Part shown: positions 50,650 through 63,980 of the stretch, piece after piece | Position numbering within the stretch: the first letter of the stretch is position 1 | Layout: every line of letters starts with the position of its first letter | Assembly (NCBI GenBank): GCA_036172245.1 | Contig: JAYWIR010000051.1 | Span: 620,001-684,000 of the forward strand | Direction of reading: 5' to 3' | Source of the DNA: Raillietiella orientalis | Taxonomy: Eukaryota | Length of the DNA: 64,000 bases | The notes under the pieces: model-generated | What the model was told of the DNA's origin: nothing | What the model saw: only the letters and a program-made list of their open reading frames with translations | Database searches by the model: none | Position numbers and translations under genes: made by a program

Positions 50650-51420
50650 AGAGTTACTTCCACCTTCCGCTTGCACCAGGAGCACGCCGAACGGTTCTCC
50701 TCCTCCCCCTACGGCACCCACTCCGCTCATCCGGCTCGCTTCAGAAGAGGATCCGCAAGGAAACTTGGCGACCCGCTCGGAGCTGACCTGCGCGTTCCGC
50801 TCGCAGGCGTTCAGCTCCCAGAACTCCAGGGACAACCATCCTTTTCACGCCGCCGGTTGCCTCGTTGCCATGGGTCTCCACCCGTTGCCGCTCGCCCTTG
50901 CTGAGCTCACGCAAGGACCCACCACTTCGTCTTACTTCTCGGCCCATCCCCCTGGGATCCCTCTTCTCTACGGAGGACTCCCATCCGCCGCCAATGGTCC
51001 TCCGCGGATCTTCCGGAGGCTTCACAGAGCGCATCCAGGAAAGACCGGCGTTCATGTTCTTCTCTTTCCCTTTCTCGCAAGCAGCCCGGACGTTGCCGGC
51101 GCAACCAGGAACAAGAAGAGATCATTCCCTGAACTCTGTGGCAACTCCGATTCCCGGATCCACGAAATCCAGCCCATCGATTACCGATGGATATCCTTGG
51201 GAGAAGGAAGCTCTGGTGTCCCTCGGGGAGGGGGAGGGGGGACTTCTCAGCGTTCGGGAAGCCCACAAATGGAACGCAACGACTTTGGCTGTCGGCCAGA
51301 ATGGCCAACGCGCGCCTCTGCGTGGCCCACAGGAGACGACGGGGCACTGAGCTCGCGTTGCGCGGCAACCGGAAGAAACTGCAAAGTCGAGTGCCACGAG
51401 CCCATCCACGAAAGCGGAGG
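50650..51420 (-). mobile_element. Decayed non-LTR (RTE-like) reverse transcriptase fragment
   Basis: Ordered, frame-shifted remnants: NRWAGFRGSGNRSC (~EQAGFRxGRxC), CEKGKE, SFLD, GVLRREEG, SEASRMSGVG...EPFGVLL (~GVRQG..SP.LF). Confidence 0.5.
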
Positions 51421-52152
51421 ATCGTGATTCCCACCCTTCTCCTCCTCCTCCCTCTACCCGGAACGTACCAGGCATTTCCCCCCAGGCTGTCATCTTCATT
51501 TGCGCCCCGTCGCTAAGCAGTGCGGGGCTGCTTACTGACGGTCGTTCCTCCTCCCCGGGTATTTGGCTCCGCCGCCCTCTCCCGTTTCCTGGAAGAAACC
51601 TGACGATCTCGCGAGCACGAGAGCGCGCTATGTCGGTCAGACGAATCCCGTGTCTTCTCCCGGGAGCCAGCACCTCCGACCCCCCGTTGATGCGGGGCGA
51701 GTCGACCCGCAGAACCTCCCTCAGCCGCCTCTTCTCGGAGCGAGGAGTGGCGAGGCAGCCTGGAGACCGAAGAGGAAGGATGAAAGACGAAAGGAAGGCA
51801 AATTCTCCCCCGCGTTCGCCCGCTCGTTACCTATGACACCGCGCCTCTCGTTGCCCGGTGGACGATTCGCAGCATCCTTCCTGAGCGATGGAGAGCCGGA
51901 CAAGAAGTCCGCCGCATGTTCTGGTGCTTCCAGTCTCTCTCTTAAGTGGTGCCACCGAGGCATACCCGGCCGTTGCGTGCGTGCCTTCTTTCAGTCTCAC
52001 CCTGGGTGTCCTCCTTCGACCCTGGCCCTCTTTCCTTTTTAGCACTATTCAGTCGTCCTCCCCTCCCCCCCTCCTAGCACTCAGGAACCGTTCGCCTAGG
52101 GGCTCGCGAAGCTCTTTGGGCACTGCCCATGCCGCTCGAGGGTGCGTGTGGC

Positions 52153-52510
52153 TCTTCGAGCTGCAGAAGGGATGACCCCGGAGGGACGTCCTACGAACCC
52201 AGGAAGACCCCAGAGGAAGGAACCTGCTCCTTTCTCACTCATGGTAGAAGCAACTCTAAGGAAACCCTCGCCCTGGTTATCCCCGGAGGGAACCCGAAAG
52301 ATAATCACCTCTTCCTCGTTCTCTCCAGAGGACCCTCGGGTTTGTGAGGGTCGCTCCTGGAATTTCTTCTCTGAAGGAAGCTCACAAGGGTTCCACTTCC
52401 TGTTTCCTCCTCCTCCGAAGAGAACCCCTAAGGGCTGCTCTCCAGTTTCTCTGAAGGGTCTACCCCATGAAGGGAGCAGCGCGCTTCTTCACACTCGAAA
52501 CGCTCACAGC
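52153..52510 (-). mobile_element. SINE-like dispersed repeat, copy C (body only)
   Basis: Collinear match to 13381-13730, e.g. cctgctccttt, aaccctcgcc, gaacccgaaag, cttcctcgttctctcc, ctcctccgaagagaa, ccagtttctctgaag, ggagcagcgcg, ttcttcacactc. Confidence 0.75.
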
Positions 52511-52619
52511 GAACGCTTCCCTGTATGGAGACGTCCTAGGAGGACCCTCTGCTCCCTCCCTTATGGCGACTTTGTTATCTTTTCTTCCTTCGTTCTTCTT
52601 CCATGAACGTCCCAGAGAG

Positions 52620-53560
52620 ATCAGCAGGCTGGAAACAGCCCTGCATCGGTACCAGCGGCGAAAACAGCCGCCCCATACTCATCCACACCCTTCTTCGGGA
52701 GATATCCCAACCCGCTCGGATGATGAAATGGGTCTGGGAGTCTCTGCCTTCCTTCCGAGCTCGGGAAGGACGCAGGCAGGTAGCGCTGACAGTGGGGTGG
52801 CGGGCGGGCTGCCAAGTCCCCAGTCGTCCCATGCAAGGTCGCTCAGTTCCTCCCGTCCTCTGTGGGGGCCGGTTGTGTTTGGTTCTGGGCGCGCTCCGCG
52901 TTTTCCGGATGCGCTGAAGAGCTCGTTCTTCCGCCGATGGTTCCCCGTTCTTCCATCAGCGAAGAAACTGCTCCTTTCTCCTCCAAGTTCCTGCTTTTTC
53001 CGCCGGACGCAGTGGTGGTGAATGAGTTCTTCCTTTCGAGGATTCCCATATTCCCGCCTCCTCTCCGACGCTCCCGTTTCAACCACCTTTTCCGATGCCT
53101 TTGCCCACGCTGGCAATGGGAAAGATCTTGAAAGCTCGTGCTTGCACACAGCTCTCGCTTCTCTCGGTCCCGAAGCCACATTGCATGTCGGAAAAGGGGT
53201 GGATGATGTACTTCAGGATATCTTGGTCTCTGTTCGTGGAGTTGGCATCCGGGATCCCTTTGATGGCCCTTTGGTATTCCTGGCAAGTTTTCGTACCAAC
53301 CAAGAATGCAGATGAGCGAGGAACTCGGTTTCTCTCGCTTCCTAAGATTTTCTGTTTGCGTCCTGAAGCGGAGCGAGGGGTGGCCCGAGATATTGAGGGG
53401 CCTAGAGAGCCTGGACACCCTGCGAACGCACGTCCCTTGCGCGGAGGACGTGATCGATCGATGCGACATAAAGCTCTCTTCCTCCACCTGTTCGCACCTG
53501 TGGGTTCCTGGCTTATCCCAGTGACCCTGCTCGTTGAAATCCGCATTCAGATCTTCCGCA
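52620..53560 (-). mobile_element. Decayed non-LTR (RTE-like) reverse transcriptase fragment
   Basis: Remnants: KGRAFAGCPGSLGPSIS (~KGD..C.NYRPIS), MQCGFGTERS (~QCGFR.GRS), KASEKV...REYGNPRKEELI (~KAFDKV...EYG.P.KLI). Confidence 0.5.
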
Positions 53561-56500
53561 GGAGATGACCGAAACGTCTTCTGGAGGGAGCTCTTGTTCT
53601 TCAGGGGATACCGCAGAATCTGCTCTCACTGATCCTCGGTCTTAAGTGGTCTTATAGCGCCTCCAGGTTTCTTGGGTGACAGTTGTGTTTTTCTTCCAAT
53701 CGCTCGCTAGAACGGTCGCTCGTTTTCGTGCAATCACAATCATCGTGATTATCATCGCTGCTGTTTCTACGGAGGATGGGGATGAGTGGGTCGAAGGAAG
53801 AGGGGGGGGGGGGGAATCGCTCTGTTCCTTCCCCTGTCTTGAGAAACCACTTGAAAGCTCCGCTAGCACAAAGTTGCAGCGAGACATCATCATCACCACG
53901 ACCCGCGGAAGCCTCAACCGTCAGGCACTCCTCCGCGGACTGCTCCCCAGGGTGCAGGAGCCTGGGGGCATCCCTCTGAAGGGTGAGTCGATGTGGGACG
54001 TGTACACTGTGGAACTTTCTCCACCGTTTCTTTCCATTTGCCTAGAGAACGAGGCTGCTTGTGCGAGCGGCGGCGGTCGATTTGCGAAACGCAATTGTTA
54101 GCATCCGCATCTATTTATAGCCGCTGAGGGCGCAACAAATTACGAATCGCCTCACCATTGTTAATGAATATCCGCACGCGGATCCGGAACGCCAATAAAT
54201 CAAAGCACCGCCGGCCGATCGCGGAATGTTGCCAAGCGTCGCTGCCGCGACAGGTCAGACATCTTTTCTCCAAGCGTGCTCCGTTGCCGGGCGTGTATGA
54301 CATAATCAGCGTGTGTATTCACGCTGCATAACTGCATTTTCAACAATGAAATGGAAGTTTTTTTCCCCTCTCCGAGGCAAGAAACTGCACAGATCGAAAA
54401 ATGAATCCATAAATGTCACTCTGATTTCATCTTTTCCATTAGCAGTTTGTTTATAACAGGAGACCGCTGAGGAATACAATGGCACCTTTTTTTTTTTTCC
54501 AGTTTGTTTCAGTCTAACTGACGACTCGTGACGCTTTTGTTACTTTTTTTTCTTTCTTTTTTTGGCTCGGCTAGAAACGAGCAAACAGAGCCGCAATCAA
54601 AAGCAGCACGAGTTGGTGCAACAGGCTCCTCGATGGAGTGCGCGTGAGGTCTGGAATTTTCCGTCAGCCTTGATAATCTTTTGAACGAGTTAAAAGTCCA
54701 CGCCTGGGAGAAGGCAACGCTCCAAAGCCGGAGATGACCCGTGAATGGAAAGCGAACAGCGGCGGAGCCACGCCACCGGGAAAAGTAGGCGTGCTGCTGC
54801 CGCGAGCTCCAGAGCTTTGATGCCAGGTATTTTCACCGTGGACATCCCAGCCCTTGCGCTCAAGATCAACGCGCAGCTGCGGCTGGGCCGGCTTTGGAAC
54901 AGGGCGAACAGACACACCTGCGGCGCAGGGACTTTCCTCGCTTTAGATAAGCTCTCCTCCTTTGCTTATCGCTCGCGGAAGAAAGCATAGGTTTTCTGCG
55001 GGTGAGAGGGTTTTATTTTTATTTTATTTTGGTGGCGTTGTCCTCTTCGGAAGTATGGGGACTCTAGAAAATGGAGCACCAGGGAAGTAGATCTGCGGAA
55101 ACTTTCTCTGCCCGCCGCCACTCGGGAAACGGATACTGATCGCTATCCACACTATGTGGTGATGATGATGAGACGCTGCCACGGGAGCTGGTCATCCCTC
55201 CGTTTGGTGTTTGTCCGTAAAGCCGTTGCCCGTGTTTGGGACAGAGTCCCCGACTCCACGGTATCCGTCTCGCTATGCGAAGGCGCAAGGGGTGATAGTC
55301 GTCTTGGAGGCCCGGTAGGTTCTCTCGTCAGCTTTTCGTGCAACCAGCTTGTGTCAGCAGGCAGCAAGGGAGTCCTACGAGGACGCCATGTTGGCGAGGT
55401 TTCTCATCAGGTTCACGTCCGGTGGCGTTGATTCGGTAAAAAACAAACCGGTCGGGAACCAGCGCGTTCCCGACTGGTTTGTTTTGTCCGAAGTCAAAGG
55501 AAGTTCAGGAGGGGGAGGGTTCACCGGCGTGCCGCAGATCGGGACATCTAAAAGTGGGGAACGGAAGGGAGGGACGATTAATGAATAACAAAATGGGGAG
55601 GATGGGAGACGGTTTCGGTTTGTCCCGTTCCTTCTAGAAGAGGAAGAAAAAAAAAAAATGGGAAAAGTCCGAGACGGGTGGAAACGGACGAGAAACAAAT
55701 AAATAAGGGGAGGATGGATGGGGACAAGGGTACGGGCTCCAGCCGTTCCTTCTAGAGCCGGCACTGAAGCGTGGCGGCGGCGACTTGGCGAAATCCTGGG
55801 AATCGCCGTGCATCACTCGCTATTCCCCACCCTTCGAATCCCCCAAGGGGGACCGCGAATCGAGGCTTGGCTTGAGGGTCTGGGGACGGGGGTGGGGTGT
55901 TGCTGGAGATGTGGTGCTACGAAGGCGCTTTTCCTCCCAGGAGACCCATCCGGGAGGGGGAAAACCCCGCCTCTCTTGGTCCAGTGAAGTGTTCTTCGCG
56001 GGTCGTGGTCTGCGGCGGAGGGGAAGACCGCCTCGGGAAGAGGAGGCCCCCTCTCTCTGCTTCCGATCGTCTCCTCCGATATGGCATTTGTCCGCTCGGT
56101 CAGCCACCTGTGATTCCCGTCTGCGGCCGGATGTCGCCATTTCCCGGTGCGGAACCCACTCACGCAAGCGATCGGCTCCCAGGCGTCTCCCGGACATCCT
56201 CGCCCCGTTGCCATGGGAGCCGCGCGTCCTCGCCTGCTGCTACACCTTGGCTTTTCGGGCGCCTTCCTCGCGCACAGGGGGTGGGGGGGCGCGTCCCTCA
56301 TCTCCAATGAAGAACCGTCTGCGGAGCGTCTCGCGCTCGCGCCGCGGTTCCGCTCCCGATTCGTCCTTGAAACTGCTTCCGCTTCCCGCGGTTTCGCTTT
56401 CTCTGCTTCTCACTTCCGCTTTCCTCCCTCCTCTTTTCATCGCCTCTTCCGTTACTTTCGCCATCCCCCCTCCTCCTCCCTCTCCTCCCCCTCCTCCCTC

Positions 56501-56610
56501 CCTACTCACGTCTCGTCCTCGCCACCATGCTCCTCTTCACGATCCACGACCTCCAACTCCTGGGTTCCCCGTTCGCAGAGACCTTCCTCCGCACCAGGAA
56601 CGCTCGAGCG

Positions 56611-56638
56611 CATCATCATCATTATCATCATCATCATC
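56611..56638. repeat. (CAT)n microsatellite
   Basis: Direct reading. Confidence 0.9.
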
Positions 56639-58949
56639 GTAAGTTCTGTTTCTTCCGGAATGTTCCGGGAGCGCTTCCCGCGAGCTATCCGGCTATCTTC
56701 CTCACGTGACTCCGTACTCCTCCTCCGTCACGCGTGACAGCGTATCATCGCGAGCTCTCCTGGTTTCCTTCCCACTCTGTCGCGTTTTCTATTTCTGTTC
56801 CTCTCTGGGTTCATTCGCTCCAGCCGAAGAGTTGCAGGTGCCTTCCTTTCTTTCCTTTTTCCTGTTTGTTCCTGCAGGCGGCCGCTCGCTTCCATGGAGA
56901 CCTCATTGGGGAGAGCACCAGAGCTCCGAAGGGACGAAATAAGGAGTAAACCAGGCCGCCTTTCTCGAGACCGCGCAAGATACCGGAGCCGTGCACGTGG
57001 ATCGAATGGGGGGTGGGGGAATTCCCTATGGAACAGAAAGCCTCGAAACGCCTCTGACGTTCCTCTCCCACTCTCCCCCCTTTTTCCAAAACCTGCAAAG
57101 CAGGACGACTTCACTCCTGCGCGCGGTGCAGGCTTTCGGAAGGGAGCTCTCCCTCTTCCCCCCACCGGAAGGGGGAATGCCTTCAAAGTGGGGGCGGCGA
57201 ATGAAATCAAGGAAACAGCTCCCAGGGCCCTTGGAAGTTTCCTTCGGAAGACGAAGAAGAGCCCCTTCCTCCGAAAGTGCCGAACGCCGATGTTTCGAAC
57301 GTCTGCGGCGTCACGACGGAGGGAATTCATCAGAGACCTCGGCAGAAACACGAGCCACGGGCCACTCTTCCGGGTCCTTTCGAGTTACCGATATCCTTGC
57401 CATGTGTGCACTTCCCTCTTTTCATCGAGGATCCTCCCTAATAGGGTTGATCGCGTTTCCGGGCTGATCTGAGACGTGTCTACTCCTCCCCCTCCAATCC
57501 GGATTTCTCATCACTAGATAGATTTTTGGGGGGGGAAGGGGGGGGGGGGAAGGAACGATCGCGGTGTCACTCATGGGTCGTTCCCAACGCGGATGCCCCT
57601 CATTTGCCCTTTTCGGTCACCAGGAAGCTGGGAATATCCGGGCAATCTTCGAGCCCGTTGGGTGCGCGGTGCGACGCCTCCGGGAGCGGAGGCTCCTCCA
57701 TCTGCTCCAGCAAAGAGAGCGACGCCAACTCCGGAATTCAAGGCAACGCCGTGCAGATGGCTCCTCGCGTGACGTGCGTCACTTCGGACACGGGGGAAAC
57801 ATCTCGCACCTCTGCTTCCCGTGCGAGCCACAAGCACGGCTTAGTCGCGCTACAGAATTTCCCCTCCAGCTCTCGACGCCGCTGCTGCACCGGGGTGTGG
57901 ACTGTGCTGCCCTCCACCCCTTCTGGGAACGCTTTGACGCGACTCTAGGAACCCCCCGGCGACAACTCCAAGGATGCTTTACACTCCTCCTCCACTTCAG
58001 CCTCGCTAGCAGCCCTGTGCTGCATACGCGGGATCATCGCTGCCTGGAGCGACGCAAATGCACAGCTATAGGGGTGGCACATCCACTTCGCCATCCGCTT
58101 CATGAGGATGGCAGCGAGATGGCCCCACCTAGAAAACAGCAAGTGCTCGCCGGCATCCTCCAAGGGATGCACAAGACCGCTCCCAGAAAACCGTTATCAA
58201 CTCCAGCCCCCCACCCGCCCATCCATCCCCAAATGTATTTCTTTATTTTTATTATTTTTTTGTTTCTTTTTCTTTTTGTTTGCTCCCTCCCCTCTGCTGC
58301 CGTGGTGGACCTCACCGGTCTGTGAACCGGTAGCGCGGTAGTTTAGACCTAAAAGGACTTGGTTGGACCACCGGTCCAACCACCGGACCACCATTTATTT
58401 TACTTATAAATAAATGCCTCGGAGCACCCGAGTGACAACTCTCGGGCAGTGCTTGCGAGGACCTGTGGCGAAATGCATGCTGCTTTAGGATGCGCACGTG
58501 AAACGCCCTGCTGCAGCATACTGACGTATCACAAGAAGACACTCACACTCATTTCTCCTCCGGCCCCCTCCAGCGGGGATGCGACAGTTGCGTCAGACGA
58601 GCTCTTGCGCCCTGAGGAAAGAGGCGTAGCAAAGAGCGTCGGTGAGAGACGTGGAAGGCTTCGCGGTGAGTGCCGCCAGAACGGGAAACACGTGAAGGAC
58701 TGAATTACTCCCTCCTCGCATCCCCGTCGTCGCCATGCCGGCGAGCGTGAGCGAGGAGTGCAGGTGTCTTCCAAGCGTCTCATCTCCGATGCGAGTGCCA
58801 CCGTCTGGCCTTCTCGTTTGAAGCACTCGCGGAAGGCAGCGCTCGACGCCTCGTAGCGGAAGTGGGTGAGCGCGATTGGGTAACGGGGATGAGGGAGGGA
58901 ACCCTCGAAGAAAAGAGGAAAGCTGCGTCGTGCGCACGTCGGATATCAG

Positions 58950-59720
58950 CAGGTCATCGGCACGGGCATCAGCAGCTCGAAAGTACCCAGAGAGCCGCGC
59001 TCGGGTTTCCATCCCAGGTCCCTGATGAAAGCAAGAAGACGAGGAAGGAAGGCAAAGTAGGCAGCCATCGGTAACATTTCCAGGGACGAAAAAGTAGAGC
59101 CAGTTCTTAAGGTACCCACCGGACTCCAGCAAAGTCCAGAAGTCAATCGGAACTTAACTAACTTTGCCGGAGGAATCCGCCCTTCGTCGCTGCAAAGCAA
59201 AGGCTGTTGCAAAGGGCGGGAAAGAAGTCCGCACGGCGGCAAACATCAACGCCCATCGCGAAAGACGAGCGGACTTTCATCTCGAGATTAAGGGCTTGTG
59301 GAACCCTGGAAATCACTTCCTCGAGCGTTCGTGCGTGCAGAAGCACGGAATCTCAAGCCCCCATGGTCTGGGAACGAAGAGTTCTTGTAGAGATCATACG
59401 GAAGGGAAAATCGAGAACAGAAGCTCCCCGGGAATCAAGAACAACGTCGAAGGAGTCTCGGAGATGGCTGTAAGGGAAAAGGAAGACCCCAGCAAAACAG
59501 AAAGCGGCAGGAATTCCAAGAGACCAGCACCAGTTTTCGAGAAAGACGTGGAGAGTCCAACTTTATGCGTTTTCCTCCGATGGTTTCATCGCCTCAAGGG
59601 TGGTGAGCAAAAGCTCCTTGGGGACGCAGAAGAGGACAACCTTCCATTTCTTGTCGATCCTGGAACTGGAAGAGACGAGGACCACAATCAGAACGGTGGT
59701 TTATCCACCTGATCATGACG
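58950..59720 (+). mobile_element. Possible decayed LINE RT fragment
   Basis: PGP-D-like, KVEPVLK...PEVNRNL (~V.PI.K...P.NYRPI), HGLGTKSSC; purine-rich strand bias. Confidence 0.25.
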
Positions 59721-61279
59721 GAGCCTCCATTTAGAATGAACAAACAAACCAGTAGGAGAGCAGCTCCCCAAACAAAAACACAGTGGAGTTCAAGGAGAGG
59801 AGGGTACACCGACATCCAGGTCGGTCACTTAAGCAGGCCCGGAGAGGGAGGGGAATGGCCGTCATAGATGGGAAAGAAAGGGTCAGTGGGGACAGAGGCA
59901 CGGTGTGGAACGCTCCTCCGGACTCAGAACCGGAGCAGAAAGCAGGTGATTTCCAGCTTGGACCCTTATTACACGTGGGTCCACCTTACATGTGGCTTCC
60001 ATTTGGGTGACCTCCCTTCGCTCTCCCCAACGCATGATGCACTGCGACGACGGTGCGCACGCAACACTGCGCCTGTCCCGAGTCCGCCGCGCGCCCAAAG
60101 AATCGCTGCGGGAGGTCGTCAGTGCCGCCGGGATTCGTCCGGGACACTGGTGAAGAGCGCCGGGGTTTGCTTGGGGTGAACCGGCCAGAGACCACCTCTC
60201 GCGTTGCTGAAGGACAGCAGCAAAGAAGGTAGCCGGACCGCGACGCCCTCTCTCCGGACGTTCCACACCGACCCGCTACCGCCCCGAACATCCACAACTC
60301 ACAAGGGATATCCGCGCCCCACGGGGCCCGGCGCTGGGAGAAACCTGCTGCGGACTCTCTTCCAATCCAAGGCCCTTCCAAGGACCGGCGGTAGCACGGG
60401 AAGGAGGTAGGAAGAGTCAGCAGCAGGCACCGTTCTTCCTTCCACCAACGGGAAGCGACAGAGGTCACCGGCCCCGAAGCAGCGGAACAGCATCTTCCGT
60501 TTCCTCTTCGCGGGAAGCGGTACCGCTTTCGCTCGGTGGCTCCGGGACGCTTGCTCGGAAGAACTCCCAATTCGGGAGCGCGGTTCCCGGAAGAAAAAAA
60601 AAGAACGAAAGGAGGAGTTGAATGGGAGTGGCCGCTGGGACTCAGGCCGGCTTCCATAGCGGCTCTCCCTGGTTGCCGGGATCCCCGCTCAACCAGCGCT
60701 GGCACCCTGTCTCCGGAGAAGTTGCGTCACCAGACTGCTCAGGGTGAGCGATGGCGGAGTCGTTCCTGCATCTCCTATTGGACTCCTTGGGGACTTTGAG
60801 GGCGACGTCTTGGGACTGCAGCGGAGCCTAGCGTCAGTGCTGCTGCTGCTGCTGAAACCGGCGACGACTCACCGAGGTGAAGATCCTCCGCGCGCGCAGC
60901 GAAGGGAGGCCGTCTCCATGGCAGCCGCCGGCTTAATGAGGATGGCTGTAGGACGGTCTCTTTCGAGGAGTCGCCAGGGAGGTCGCCACCACAGCAGAGT
61001 CGGTTTCAGGAGCGAAGGAGCGTTCCCTGCCGACGACTTCTCACCCGGCTCTCCCGTCTTTTTTCCCATTTCGTCACCTTGCATGTCTCCTTCGTCCCGC
61101 TGTGGACTGCCATAGAAGCCGACCAGGAAGACTCTTTGTGTACGGTCGCCAGCCGCTACGGATGCCCTCAGGTGAACCAGCTGCGGTTGGAACCACAGTC
61201 TGGACTAGCGAATTACCACTTGCCACTTTCTGATGTTTAATCACGGGGCATCGTGAGCGGCACGAGAGCCAAGCAATGG

Positions 61280-63980
61280 TCAGAGAACGTTTAAGACGAG
61301 ATTTGCAAGATCTGTGGAGTCAGGAAAACCCAACCCCACGTACTCATCTGCCCTGCTCTGCGCCCCGACTGGGCGCAGAGTAGGGCTAAAGGAGATAACC
61401 GACCTACAGACGATGAAGAAGGAGGACATCCTAGCAGCGGTGTTTGAAGGGAACGGCGACATTCCTCGATAGAACCCGATGGTTCGCACTTCCATCGCCC
61501 TCTTTATCACGAACATCGTGATAAGGGCGAAAATAAGGACTGGAATGAACAGTACGCTGGCTATGGATATTCTGAAATGCCTATTGAAAAAGGAAATTGG
61601 GATCAGGAGCTGTGGACCTATTCTTACTTGGACTTACTGTTATATCCTTCAAAGGATTCAGGAACCTAGTCAAGTGAGTGAAATCTCCACACGAATTCAA
61701 TGACTAGTTGCCCGAAGAATAACCCAGATAGTGAGAAACAGTGAAAATTAGTGACAGTGACAAACGCTTCTGCAAGAAGGAAATAAATTCATTCCATCGC
61801 AAGTCGGTCTGGGGAAAACAGGGTGTAGCCTTGGTGAGGGGACAGGGAGGTTGAGGGTGAAGAAACTGGAGATGTGTAAGGAGATCCTGACCTTTCGAAG
61901 TCGAGGACCCCCGAGGGTTTGGGTCGGAAAGGCACTTGCAAGGGTCGTGCAAAGGGACGGTTGCCGAACAAATGCGGTTCGGTCCGGAGCGGAGTGGAGG
62001 CTAAGTGTGAAGTGATTAAGGGGGGAGGGGAGAGGTGATAAATAAACAAAAATCTATAAATAATGAGAGGGAAAGATCATTGGACTTTGATCCTTCGGTC
62101 CTGCTTCTCAGTGTTTGCTCGCTAAGGGCGATGACCTCCTTGGCCATCTGATCCAGCTGAATTGCCGCTGTCCGCGGCAAGGGAGTGTCTAAGAGGTTGA
62201 CTCGATGCCTCCCGCTGCGGTTGCGCCACCTGAAGAGGTGCTCTTGGCACCGCAGCTCATTACAGATGGTCTCTCCTGAGGCGGTCGAAAATTCACCTTA
62301 AGCGAAGAGGCCCCACGAGAGTTCTGCCACGCGATCCTCGGATCCAAATGGAGGGCGCCGCAGTCCATAGGATGAGGATGGGATGGATTCTCCCAATCCA
62401 CATGCCAAGCGATTCAGGAGTCCTTTCCACTTTTCCTCCGATGTCTTGTAATGGCGACGCACGTTTCACTGGAGGCTACGAGGAGGCAGCGGTGCCGTCC
62501 GAAGACAAGGCAAGATCCACCGCATTCTAAGAGAACGTCTCACAGGCCAGGAAAGCTGATGGGCCGATGGCAGTTGCCCAGTGCACGCCTCGGGCTCGTG
62601 CGCTCCTTTGCGACCGCCGCAACGGCCTGCTCGGCCAGTTGCCTGGACAGCAGCTGACGCATAGCAGGGACGTCCACACCTCTCAGCTGGTGATGAGTGG
62701 TCGTGCTCTTGATGTTGTGCGACAGACGGAACGCTTCTGCAGCGATGTCTTCTACTAAACTTTCCCTCGAAGATGGACATAGTCCTGTTTGAGGTGAGTG
62801 CATCCGGATGCACCTTCTTTGGGGATGTTGAGGGCGCTCAACTCCTTCCTCTTTCGCCTTTTCTTTTTTTTCCTCTCCCTTCTTAATGGCTTTCTGAGGT
62901 TTACCAACCTTCTTGGTGACCTTTCTACCACCAGACTTGGAAGTTGTCTCACCCTCCTTGTCCTTGCTTTGTGCACCATCCACTAGGAAAGTACCATAGC
63001 TAACACTCGGCACCTGACTCTGCGGTCCTTATTCCCTTGGTCCTCGGAAAAACTCCTTCAGGAGGCTCGAAGGCTGCCCCTATAAGCTTTGCCCCTTTTG
63101 CAGCGGTGCGGGCCAACTTCCCGCCCACTATTCCCCCGATTGCCGACTTTGGGCCATCTCGCGGGGCATGCCCAGGGATGCGGCCAAGAGCGCGGCACGA
63201 ATCCACTCTTTGCCGCCTTCTCTCCAAGTCTGCGAGAGGGAGTCCCTCGAGGCGTTCGACGGAACGCAGCGCCAGACTTGATCCCTTCGAGCGCTCCCCA
63301 GATAGCTCTCGCTCCCCCATCCCTTCCTTTCCTGAAATGAAGTTCGCAGGGGAAAAGGAAAGCCGCCTTGTTTTACGAGGAAGCAAGAGGTTGCACCGAC
63401 TGCGGGGGCGCAGCAGTGTTGGTCCCCGCGGATGAGGGCGCACCTCCGAGGAACCTGCCTGCCGCACAGCAAAGACCATAGTGCTAAATTCTCAGCGTTG
63501 CCTCAGGAGGCAGCCTCGGAAAGTGCATTCGCGTGCACGTCAGAAGTGTGGCGACCCGAAGCTTGGCATGACGGCTCGGGGTAAACGTGACCTTCCCGGA
63601 GCCTCCTGGAGTCCTCCCGAAAGGTTGTCAGTCTTCATCTCCCTCTTGTTAGTGAAAGGGAAACCTGATGGTAGAGTAGCGAGGGTCGAATGCGATTTGT
63701 TCCATGGGCTTCCCTTCCCGGCAAGAGGCGCCGGCCACGCGGGAGTGGACCCGGTGCCTTCTGAAACGCAGTCGGTCCGAGCGTTCGTGGAGAGGCAGGC
63801 AAGTCGCGGTGGTACTGCCCGCGGAGATCTCCGGGAAGATCTAGCCCGATCTCCCCTCCCACGCTGCCCCTGCCGGGAAGCAACTTCGCACTTCCTGCTA
63901 ACGCCCGTGTTCGCTCCCCTGCTTCTAAAGGTTGGACTCAAATTCGAGCAACGCAGCCGGAGCAGCACAAGATGCACGTT
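61280..63980 (-). mobile_element. Possible decayed LINE (ORF1 zinc-knuckle-like, basic linker and RT remnants)
   Basis: Cys/His remnants near 63400-63480 (CGRQVPRRCALIRGDQHCC), Lys-rich segment about 62830-62970, STAPDP and DKEGDGSANHRVLS near 61470-61620; lower GC than flanks. Confidence 0.25.
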
